DNA of 64,000 nucleotides, from positions 2,560,001 through 2,624,000 of the forward strand of contig OZ244999.1 of NCBI GenBank assembly GCA_965223265.1, read 5' to 3'. Each line of letters starts with the position of its first letter. The stretch's first letter is position 1. Under the pieces are notes generated by a model that worked only from the letters and a program-made list of their open reading frames with translations, was not told where the DNA came from and did no database searches. The position numbers and the translations under genes were made by a program. Positions 20,618-28,441 of the stretch are shown here, piece after piece. Source of the stretch: Planctomycetota bacterium. GTDB lineage: Bacteria > Planctomycetota > UBA8108 > SXIK01.

Positions 20618-21186
20618 GTGCGTGTGCGTGTGCGTCTCCCAAAGTAGCAGGCACACTCCGTGTGCCGTCCGGTCTCGTGTGCGTGTGCGTGTGCGTCTCC
20701 CAAAGTAGCAGGCACACTCCGTGTGCCGTCCGGTCTCGTGTGCGTGTGCGTGTGCGTCTCCCAAAGTAGCAGGCACACTCCGTGTGCCGTCCGGTCTCGT
20801 GTGCGTGTGCGTGTGCGTCTCCCAAAGTAGCAGGCACACTCCGTGTGCCGTCCGGTCTCGTGTGCGTGTGCGTGTGCGTCTCCCAAAGTAGCAGGCACAC
20901 TCCGTGTGCCGTCCGGTCTCGTGTGCGTGTGCGTGTGCGTCTCCCAAAGTAGCAGGCACACTCCGTGTGCCGTCCGGTCTCGTGTGCGTGTGCGTGTGCG
21001 TCTCCCAAAGTAGCAGGCACACTCCGTGTGCCGTCCGGTCTCGTGTGCGTGTGCGTGTGCGTCTCCCAAAGTAGCAGGCACACTCCGTGTGCCGTCCGGT
21101 CTCGTGTGCGTGTGCGTGTGCGTCTCCCAAAGTAGCAGGCACACTCCGTGTGCCGTCCGGTCTCGTGTGCGTGTGCGTGTGCGTGC
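20618..21186 (+). repeat. Tandem array 1: ~9.3 identical 61-bp units, each with a GTAG + hairpin (REP-like) core
   Basis: AAAGTAG recurs at 20641, 20702, 20763, 20824, 20885, 20946, 21007, 21068, 21129; unit CAAAGTAGCAGGCACACTCCGTGTGCCGTCCGGTCTCGTGTGCGTGTGCGTGTGCGTCTCC. Confidence 0.97.
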
Positions 21187-21355
21187 GAGCTATGACACGG
21201 GTCACCGTACGGCGGCGGTTGAGTCGATGGTACGCCGTGCTCGAGCTTGTGAAGTCGAGCACACAATGCACCTCCAACCTTCCGCTGTCGTAAGTCCTTT
21301 CGGTGTAAGCCGACGTAATCTGACGAATCTTTGATACAACCCGGTCGATTTACCT

Positions 21356-23446
21356 TCATAGGTCGTCGAAGAGCGTCATCTGGTTCTTCGCGCAGCCCTC
21401 CTTAGGCGGGAATCGACCCGTCGCCTTGAGCGTCGCCACGAGGCTCCGGACTCCTGGGGAGTCCAGCTCGTGGCGAGAGACGCGCCAGGGGGCGAACTCG
21501 GCGACTTGGTTTTTCCTGATCAATCCTCGTTCGACAAGCGTACGTAATGCTATCGAGGAAACTCCTAGGTACTTGCTGGCGCCGTTCATCGACAACGCAT
21601 CATCGGAGGACTGCGCTGAATTGATACCGTTGTGTTTGCGAAATTCGGTCACCTTGTCTTTGGTCCACCGTGTGGTCGTGAGCCTTCGTCTGTTAAGCAC
21701 TAAGGCAATCTCGCTGTCACTATGCGCCGCGGCGCTGAGCCGCTTGATCAGCTCGAGCACCGAAACTTCCCTTGATGCCTTCGGAGAGGGGAATCGCAAC
21801 AGCTCGGAGGTAGAGTGTACGCCGCCCTTCCAGTGAATCGTCAATTCCAGGCGGCGACTTTGCCGATTGGATCCAACGAGCTCGCCGCTCTCCTTGATCA
21901 TGATCTCGTGAATCGCTGCTCGCAGCAGAGTCTTCTTCAGCCTGACATCAATCGTCGATCGCCAGACCAACTGGAAGTTCCGTGCGAGAGTCTCGAGACG
22001 TTTTCGCTCTGCGACAGTCAACGTCAATCTCGACGACTGCTGCTTGTGGAGTGTCTCCTTTGCCTCGGCAAGCCGCTGAAGCTTGTCGTTGAGACGTTTC
22101 TCGAGGTTGTCCGCAACAAGGCGATTCCTCGGATCGCACGCGTCGAACTGTTCGAATGCATGACTGGCGGCGTACTGCGCAGCCTCGATCTGCTGCTTCG
22201 CGTAGTTCAACTCGTCGGCTCGGCTCTTCTCGATCTGCTCGAACGCCCTGGTCGCAGCCTCGATCCCCGAGGAGTCAAGCGCTCGACACAACTGCTGCGC
22301 GACGATCGGGTCAACGCGACATGCCCCAACAGAGAGACAAATGCGTGAGTTCCCCTTTCGTGTGCCGTCGCAGTAATAGAAGGCCTTCTCGTATCGGTAC
22401 CGGACCTTCAGCTGATCGCCACAGTGACCACAACGCAACATCCCCGCCAGGAGAGCCTGGCCTTCCCGCGCGGCTCCTCGGTTGCCGTCGAGCCCTCTTC
22501 GCGGTCGATTCTGCGATAGCTTCTTCAAGTTCGCTTCGTACTCTGACCAATCGATGTAGGCTGGGTGATGGTCACGGATCATCACCCGAGCTTCACCAGG
22601 ATCTTGCCGACGTTCACGCTGTTTGACCAGCCTCCCATCGGCGATCTTGCTTGTCGTCCTTGAACGACCCCAAGCGTAGGCTCCAGCATAGGTCGGATTG
22701 ACCAGGAGGTTGTGTAGCGACTTGGCCGACGGCACCGCCCACCTGACCGTCTTGTTGCCCAAGCCCCGACTCGGAAACTCGATCCCCGCGTCTCGGTAAT
22801 GCAATGCGAGCTGTCGGGCACTACTGGAGCCACGGAAGTCCTGAAAGACACGGCGGATCGCGGTACGGATTCTCTCGTCGGGATCGAAGACAATCTCAGT
22901 GTCGTCGTAGACGTAGCCGATCGGTAACTGAATCCACAGCTCACCTCGCTTCGCTTTCGCCTGCTGACCTAGGCGCAATCGCAAGCGAATCGTCGCAAGC
23001 TCGGCTTCTGAGATCGAGCCACGGATGCCGATCAACAGTCTGTCGTTAGAGAGCGACAGATCGTAGACCTGCTCGGTGTCCGCGATCAGCGTATTGAAGT
23101 GCTGACAAAGCTCCATCAGTCGCGCCCAGTCCACCGAATTCCTCGACAATCGGGAAATCTCGAGACAGAAGATAATCCCGACTTCCCCGGCAATGACCCA
23201 GCTCTTCAGTTTCTCGAAGCCGGGGCGATCGACGAATCCAGAAGCCGACTCGCCGAGATCGTCCTCGATGAGAATCGGCTCGCGCCAGCCAAGATCGACC
23301 GCCTTGTGCCTCAGTTCGCGTTGCAGGCGCGTGCTCTCTTCGTTGTTCTTCACCTGTGTTGGCGACGATTGACGAATGTATACTACTGCCGCGCGCCTGA
23401 GGTGCTCGGTAGTGACGCCACCTGGATGATTGCTATCGATCCTCAT
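21356..23446 (-). CDS. Large serine recombinase (resolvase + recombinase + zinc-ribbon + coiled coil), 696 aa
   Basis: YIRQSS catalytic Ser, DDLGESASG, RPGF, EISRLSRN, NPTYAGAYAWGR, LLAGMLRCGHCG; GGAGG upstream of ATG 23446. Confidence 0.95.
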   Translation of the reverse strand: MRIDSNHPGGVTTEHLRRAAVVYIRQSSPTQVKNNEESTRLQRELRHKAVDLGWREPILIEDDLGESASGFVDRPGFEKLKSWVIAGEVGIIFCLEISRLSRNSVDWARLMELCQHFNTLIADTEQVYDLSLSNDRLLIGIRGSISEAELATIRLRLRLGQQAKAKRGELWIQLPIGYVYDDTEIVFDPDERIRTAIRRVFQDFRGSSSARQLALHYRDAGIEFPSRGLGNKTVRWAVPSAKSLHNLLVNPTYAGAYAWGRSRTTSKIADGRLVKQRERRQDPGEARVMIRDHHPAYIDWSEYEANLKKLSQNRPRRGLDGNRGAAREGQALLAGMLRCGHCGDQLKVRYRYEKAFYYCDGTRKGNSRICLSVGACRVDPIVAQQLCRALDSSGIEAATRAFEQIEKSRADELNYAKQQIEAAQYAASHAFEQFDACDPRNRLVADNLEKRLNDKLQRLAEAKETLHKQQSSRLTLTVAERKRLETLARNFQLVWRSTIDVRLKKTLLRAAIHEIMIKESGELVGSNRQSRRLELTIHWKGGVHSTSELLRFPSPKASREVSVLELIKRLSAAAHSDSEIALVLNRRRLTTTRWTKDKVTEFRKHNGINSAQSSDDALSMNGASKYLGVSSIALRTLVERGLIRKNQVAEFAPWRVSRHELDSPGVRSLVATLKATGRFPPKEGCAKNQMTLFDDL

Positions 23447-23600
23447 CGTTCTCGCCCTCCACACCGTGGTTCTCGATGATCGCCTGCAGGAGAATCGCCA
23501 CTGCCCGAGCGATTTCCTCCCGCTCCTTCGCGCTCAGCACTGCGAGCACGCTTTGATCTTCCGGCGGCAAGAACGGTAGAGTAAGCTGCGTCCACACCAT
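23433..23600 (-). CDS. Small accessory protein of the recombinase element (55 aa)
   Basis: Strong GAGGAGG RBS; MVWTQLTLPF...; overlaps the recombinase start. Confidence 0.7.
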   Translation of the reverse strand: MVWTQLTLPFLPPEDQSVLAVLSAKEREEIARAVAILLQAIIENHGVEGENDEDR

Positions 23601-23892
23601 CGTCCTCCTCCTTGGTTCGAGTTGGTTCTGAGTCAAGGATGGACGATGGTGCTTCTTGGAGTCGAGACTCTACGATCGCCGCAATGACGAGGAGCTCCTC
23701 CACGTCGATGTGGGGCGATCTACACAGCTCCACCCACATAGCGCTCTCCTCGGTCATCCAGCACGGCACCAAGAGCTGGCGCTTCTCGATTTGAACCAAG
23801 TAGCAGGGCGGTTCTCTCGAGGTCCGCCGAACGACCGGCAGAGAGCGTCCCGCAAGGGGGTGGTAGGGATAGAAGACCGTTACGGTCGTCAA
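23443..23892 (-). CDS. DUF5372 / Y4bD-Y4pK-like accessory protein, apparently lacking its own RBS and start
   Basis: VTVFYPYHPLAGR...VPCWMT motif pattern; TGA overlaps the recombinase ATG (ATGA); frame open to 23919 with only a TTG and no SD. Confidence 0.6.
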   Translation of the reverse strand: MTTVTVFYPYHPLAGRSLPVVRRTSREPPCYLVQIEKRQLLVPCWMTEESAMWVELCRSPHIDVEELLVIAAIVESRLQEAPSSILDSEPTRTKEEDDGVDAAYSTVLAAGRSKRARSAEREGAGGNRSGSGDSPAGDHREPRCGGRER

Positions 23893-23918
23893 ACCAACAT
23901 CAGTGTGGGCTACCCGTG

Positions 23919-24040
23919 GTCAAGAGTCCCCTCGCTGCGCTCGGCGCTGCGCGCCCTTGACACCCACTCCGCTCCGCGTTGGGGGGTGGAGTACCGCCGC
24001 CCGGATGCGGTGGGCTCTTGAGTCACCTTCTCTTCGGAGG
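23919..24040 (+). promoter_or_regulatory. Structured leader (candidate cis-regulatory RNA or ssDNA element) upstream of the four-helix-bundle gene
   Basis: GTCAAG/CTTGAC (23919-24/23956-61), TCAAGAG/CTCTTGA (23920-26/24015-21), hairpin 23966-23992, ACCGC/GCGGT, and CCTTC able to pair with SD GGAGG (24036-40). Confidence 0.45.
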
Positions 24041-24046
24041 CTTCAC

Positions 24047-24370
24047 ATGCGTTTTATCGCTCTCGACGTCAGTCTCGGTTTGATCGGCGACTTGCGAGTC
24101 CCTTTAGCTCGACTTCGGCGTCTCGATCCGGACCTGCACCGGCAGATTCGGCGCGCTGCTTCTTCGGTGGCGCTCAATCTCTCAGAGGGAGCTGAACGCG
24201 CCGGCAAAAATCGCCAGCACCTCTTTCGCGTAGCGCGCGGTAGTGCGCGCGAGGTCGAAACGGCGCTTCGCGTCGCCCAGTCCTGGGGCGACCTGAAGCA
24301 CGACGACGTCGCGCGCGCTCTCAAGACGCTCGATCGACTGCTGGCGCTTCTTGGCGGGCTGACTCGCTGA
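24047..24370 (+). CDS. Four-helix-bundle protein (23S rRNA IVS protein / Avd-like family), 107 aa
   Basis: QIRRAASSVALNLSEG and FRVARGSAREV signature; GGAGG RBS 6 nt before ATG. Confidence 0.92.
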   Translation: MRFIALDVSLGLIGDLRVPLARLRRLDPDLHRQIRRAASSVALNLSEGAERAGKNRQHLFRVARGSAREVETALRVAQSWGDLKHDDVARALKTLDRLLALLGGLTR

Positions 24371-24383
24371 GCATCACGTCCTG

Positions 24384-24411
24384 TGCGCCCGCCGCCTCCG
24401 TGGCGGGCGCA
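24384..24411 (+). other. Perfect 10-bp GC stem-loop directly after the four-helix-bundle gene (no U-tract)
   Basis: TGCGCCCGCC / GGCGGGCGCA. Confidence 0.6.
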
Positions 24412-24442
24412 ATCTCCTGCGTTCGAACGAAGCGAGAGCGCC

Positions 24443-25594
24443 TTCCAAAGTAGCAGGCACATGCCATGTGCCGTCCGTCTTGTGTGCGAGTGCGAGTGCG
24501 TGGGCCGACCAGCACTCTGTCTCTGGCTCCGTTTCCAAAGTAGCAGGCACATGCCATGTGCCGTCCGTCTTGTGTGCGAGTGCGTGGGCGAGTGCGAGTG
24601 CGTGGGCCGACCAGCACTCTGTCTCTGGCTCCGTTTCCAAAGTAGCAGGCACATGCCATGTGCCGTCCGTCTTGTGTGCGTGGGCGAGTGTAAGTGCGTG
24701 GGCCGACCAGCACTCTGTCTCTGGCTCCGTTTCCAAAGTAGCAGGCACATGCCATGTGCCGTCCGTCTTGTGTGCGTGGGCGAGTGTAAGTGCGTGGGCC
24801 GACCAGCACTCTGTCTCTGGCTCCGTTTCCAAAGTAGCAGGCACATGCCATGTGCCGTCCGTCTTGTGTGCGAGTGCGTGGGCGAGTGTAAGTGCGTGGG
24901 CCGACCAGCACTCTGTCTCTGGCTCCGTTTCCAAAGTAGCAGGCACATGCCATGTGCCGTCCGTCTTGTGTGCGAGTGCGTGGGCGAGTGTAAGTGCGTG
25001 GGCCGACCAGCACTCTGTCTCTGGCTCCGTTTCCAAAGTAGCAGGCACATGCCATGTGCCGTCCGTCTTGTGTGCGAGTGCGTGGGCGAGTGTAAGTGCG
25101 TGGGCCGACCAGCACTCTGTCTCTGGCTCCGTTTCCAAAGTAGCAGGCACATGCCATGTGCCGTCCGTCTTGTGTGCGAGTGCGAGTGCGTGGGCCGACC
25201 AGCACTCTGTCTCTGGCTCCGTTTCCAAAGTAGCAGGCACATGGCATGTGCCGTCCGTCTTGTGTGCGAGTGCGAGTGCGTGGGCCGACCAGCACTCTGT
25301 CTCTGGCTCCGTTTCCAAAGTAGCAGGCACATGCCATGTGCCGTCCGTCTTGTGTGCGAGTGCGAGTGCGTGGGCCGACCAGCACTCTGTCTCTGGCTCC
25401 GTTTCCAAAGTAGCAGGCACATGGCATGTGCCGTCCGTCTTGTGTGCGAGTGCGAGTGCGTGGGCTGACTAGCACTCTGTCTCTGGCTCCGTTTCCAAAG
25501 TAGCAGGCACATGGCATGTGCCGTCCGTCTTGTGTGCGAGTGCGTGGGCGAGTGTAAGTGCGTGGGCCGACCAGCACTCTGTCTCTGGCTCCGT
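24443..25594 (+). repeat. Tandem array 2: 12 units of 90/96/102 bp, homologous to array 1
   Basis: AAAGTAG at 24447, 24537, 24639, 24735, 24831, 24933, 25035, 25137, 25227, 25317, 25407, 25497; core GGCACAT-GCC/GGC-ATGTGCC; length varies in 6-bp steps. Confidence 0.97.
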
Positions 25595-25667
25595 ATCTGC
25601 CTCTCGTTCTGTCTCTGGCTCTGTATCTGCCTCTGCCTCTGCTTCTGCTTCTGACTCTGCCTCTGAT
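25595..25667 (+). repeat. Degenerate (TCTGNN)n hexamer tract trailing array 2
   Basis: tctgcc tctcgt tctgtc tctggc tctgta tctgcc tctgcc tctgct tctgct tctgac tctgcc. Confidence 0.8.
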
Positions 25668-25836
25668 CCGCGTGTCCCGAGAGCGTTCGAAATTTCTCGC
25701 AACCCATACCGAGCGTCGGGGTTTCAAGGAGTGGCCTGTGGTCGTCCTGACACTCTTCGTGCGCGACCAGGAGCGGGTTTGGGGCGCCCAGCGACTGCGG
25801 ACGCACAGGCATCTTCGGCGAAAGGAGAGACGGGAT

Positions 25837-26652
25837 ATGAAGAAGGGATTCAGTAAGCGGTGGGTCGTGTCCTTCGTTGCCGTGTTCACACTGCTCGGGG
25901 TGTTGGCTGAAATTCAGGAGGCCTTTGGGCATGATCGCGAGCGTCGACATCGCCATCGACTTCACTCTTGCCTCGTGATGGAGTTCGACGCCAACGGCGA
26001 CGGTGTGCTCTCCGAAGAAGAGAAAGCTGCCGCAATCGCTGCACGCGAGCAGGAACTCATCGAAACGTACGATACCGATGGTGACGGCGCCCTCTCCGAC
26101 GAGGAGAAAGCCGCCGCACGGGAGGACTTGGCTGCTCAGCGTGCAGCGCGCCGCGCAGCCCGTCTTGCCGAGATCGACACCGATGGCGACGGGACAGTAA
26201 GTGAAGAAGAGCTCGCCGCCGCACGTGCCGCGCGCCTCGCCGAGATTGACACTGACGGCGACGGGGAGATCAGCGACGAAGAGCGGGCGGCGGCACTTGC
26301 AGCGCGCTGCGAGGCGCGCCGCATGAGCGAGGATGACGAACAGGAAATGGTCGTGATCGAAGCCCTGACGCTCAGTCGCGATTTCGTGCGCGGTGATGCG
26401 AATAGCGACGGCGAGACGGATCTCTCCGACAGCGTGTTCGTGCTCAACTTCCTGTTTGTCTCTGGTGAATCACCCGTGTGCCTCGATGCCGCCGACGCGA
26501 ACGACGACGGTACCATCGACGTCGCGGATCCGATCCGGACGCTCAACGCACTCTTTATCAGTGGCGCTGAGCCGTTGCCGCCGCCAACCGTAGCCGCCGG
26601 TGCTGATCCGACGCTGGACGAGATCGATTGCGATGGCGGATTGAACAGCTGA
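25837..26652 (+). CDS. Secreted EF-hand repeat protein with a C-terminal dockerin-like module
   Basis: AAAGGAG RBS, signal peptide, four DxDGDGxLSxEE loops, FVRGDANSDG...CLDAADANDDG...DPTLD. Confidence 0.88.
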   Translation: MKKGFSKRWVVSFVAVFTLLGVLAEIQEAFGHDRERRHRHRLHSCLVMEFDANGDGVLSEEEKAAAIAAREQELIETYDTDGDGALSDEEKAAAREDLAAQRAARRAARLAEIDTDGDGTVSEEELAAARAARLAEIDTDGDGEISDEERAAALAARCEARRMSEDDEQEMVVIEALTLSRDFVRGDANSDGETDLSDSVFVLNFLFVSGESPVCLDAADANDDGTIDVADPIRTLNALFISGAEPLPPPTVAAGADPTLDEIDCDGGLNS

Positions 26653-26672
26653 TCCACCCTCGACGTTAGACC

Positions 26673-26722
26673 GCGGGGCGTCCGACAAGCTTTTTTAGGC
26701 GGCGGGCGCCCCGCTCTGTTTC
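26673..26722 (+). terminator. Possible terminator hairpin between convergent genes
   Basis: GCGGGGCGTCCG / CGGGCGCCCCGC followed by TCTGTTT. Confidence 0.45.
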
Positions 26723-26828
26723 ACTGAACGTTGAGCGTGAGCGCGAGGGCTATGCCGCTCAGTCGCGCCGTTTGAAGTGGGGAGGGTAGCGGTTTGCCGG
26801 CGTGTCTATTTTCAGCTTCGTCGCTCCG

Positions 26829-27992
26829 TCACTCGCCGGCGGCGGGTGGCTGCCAAATCGTCGCCGCAATGTAGCGCTCTGACTCCTTGCCGTCGGTGAT
26901 GTAGTAGACCGTCACGATGCGTCCGTCAGGTCTCTGCACCGAGCGCGGATAACCGAGATCCCAGTAGCCGCCATCATCGCGCAGAAAAATCTCTTCGCTC
27001 CAAGTCGCGCCGTCGTCGGCGCTCAGGCGCGCGCGTATGCTGTAGGGTGGAGAGCGGTAGCCGTAGACGAGGAGCAGGCGACCATCGTGCAGCTTGAGCA
27101 GATCCGGCGGATTGCCGTTCTTCCCGGTGTCGCGAACCGGATAGCCGAACGGCTGCCACGTTTGACCGTTGTCGTCGCTGCGGTAGAGGTCGATGCCCGC
27201 GACGCGCCGCCGCGCGGTCAAGATCGTCTGCGGTGACAGGCGCACGCTCGCGGGCATGTTCGCCTTGTCGCCGACTCCTGGCTCCTCGCCGATGTACCCG
27301 TGCAGCTGCCACGACGCGGCGCCGTCGGTCGTGCGTGCGCAGATGATCCGTCCTTGGCGGCGGTTTGACTTCGCGGCGGTCAAAAAGGCGAACATTTCGT
27401 TCTCGCCTTCGATCATGTAATCGGTACGCGCAGCGATGCCAGGCAGGCCAAAGTCAGGCAGCTTGAACGGGCCACGCCAAGTGCGACCGCGGTCAAGCGT
27501 GTAGAGAAAGCGCGATGGTCCCACGTGGTAGCTGAGCATGCGCAGCGTCATGGCGAAGTCAGGGTGAGAGAAGTTGATGCCGCCGGGGCAATCGACTGGT
27601 TGCTGACCACCTTCGCCAGTGGGGACGCGCGCGACCTTCTCGCCAGCCGGTGGTTTGAGTTCCGGTGGGCGCTCGACGCTCCACGTTTCGCCGCCGTCGA
27701 GGCTGCGCGCGAGAACGTGTTCGGCTGGGCGTGTGTAGTCGATCGCGTGGGTGTCTTTCGTTTGACTCAGGGGGTTGACTGCGGGTTGAGTTCCCTTGTG
27801 GTAGCCGATCTCGAAGCCGACCAAGATTTCGTCGCCCCATGACCAAATGCCGTGATTGGCTGGCCAACCGCCGTAACGTCCTTTTTCTTTGTAGACAATC
27901 ACGTGCTCTCGGGCGTCAGGCTTGGGGCGAGCTGGTGAAGCACAGCCGACTACCGTGACGAGGACGAGCACAACGAGACGGGAAACTTGCAT
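26829..27992 (-). CDS. Sialidase-like BNR/Asp-box beta-propeller lipoprotein
   Basis: Five Asp-boxes (SLDGGETW, TLDRGRTW, TTDGAASW, SDDNGQTW, SADDGATW), DLGYP, VVGC lipobox-like. Confidence 0.88.
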   Translation of the reverse strand: MQVSRLVVLVLVTVVGCASPARPKPDAREHVIVYKEKGRYGGWPANHGIWSWGDEILVGFEIGYHKGTQPAVNPLSQTKDTHAIDYTRPAEHVLARSLDGGETWSVERPPELKPPAGEKVARVPTGEGGQQPVDCPGGINFSHPDFAMTLRMLSYHVGPSRFLYTLDRGRTWRGPFKLPDFGLPGIAARTDYMIEGENEMFAFLTAAKSNRRQGRIICARTTDGAASWQLHGYIGEEPGVGDKANMPASVRLSPQTILTARRRVAGIDLYRSDDNGQTWQPFGYPVRDTGKNGNPPDLLKLHDGRLLLVYGYRSPPYSIRARLSADDGATWSEEIFLRDDGGYWDLGYPRSVQRPDGRIVTVYYITDGKESERYIAATIWQPPAAGE

Positions 27993-28043
27993 GTAGATCT
28001 CCGGAGGTTGCGATCCATCGAAGGCCACTCAGACGCTGAGGAC

Positions 28044-28223
28044 AGCAGCCCGTTGAAAAAGTCATTCGGCTGAGAAACCGGCCTCTTCACGCCCAGATCA
28101 GCCGCGGCGAGCCTCGCCGTAGTATCCATAGAAGAGGGCTCGGAGATGACCTGCGTTCGCCGCGGCTGATCTGGACGCGGAGCGATCAGTTTTCAGCTCG
28201 AAGCACTTCTTCGACAGACTGCT
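28044..28223. mobile_element. MITE-like palindromic element, copy 1 (degenerate terminal inverted repeats)
   Basis: AGCAGCCCGTTGAAAAAGT ... ACTTCTTCGACAGACTGCT; internal sequence aligns with 48722-48888. Confidence 0.8.
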
Positions 28224-28441
28224 TGGGGGCGTAAAGTCTCGCATTTTCCACATGTCGGGCGCTGGAGTCTATGCCGTCTCGTGAGTTTGAGTCGCCGACC
28301 ATTGAAATCGGGTGGGCCAGCCCGGTCAGGCTTGAATTTTCCTGCGCGTGCGGCAGATACTGACTCCTCTAGCGAGAGACTTTGCCACTCAATCGATCCA
28401 CTTGCCGGCACTGAGCATCTTCACCGAGGGAGGAATGACTC

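Larger units (their letters stand above)
21189..23912 (-). mobile_element. Putative ~2.7 kb large-serine-recombinase insertion element bounded by GCTA direct repeats
   Basis: GCTA at 21189-21192 and 23909-23912; three overlapping minus-strand ORFs ending in a large serine recombinase; left boundary coincides with the end of array 1. Confidence 0.7.

Noticed and set aside
20432-21359. ORFs across array 1
   Set aside because: The 61-bp period cycles through all frames and gives repetitive THTH/AHAH translations. Only the first 24 codons from GTG 21262 are used, in the circular-junction hypothesis.
23957-23962. TTGACA as a sigma70 -35 box
   Set aside because: There is no -10-like hexamer at the right spacing, and the motif is part of an inverted repeat.
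20618-25594. CRISPR array
   Set aside because: Sequences between the palindromic cores are identical or differ only by hexamer copy number. There are no unique spacers and no cas genes in the window.
24047-25594. Diversity-generating retroelement (Avd-like gene plus repeats)
   Set aside because: No reverse transcriptase, no TR/VR pair with adenine-specific mismatches and no target gene seen.
24043-25965. Long ORFs across array 2 (640, 522, 348, 361, 334 aa)
   Set aside because: Several frames on both strands are open because the units are multiples of 3 and poor in stop codons. No RBS or protein-like composition supports any one frame.
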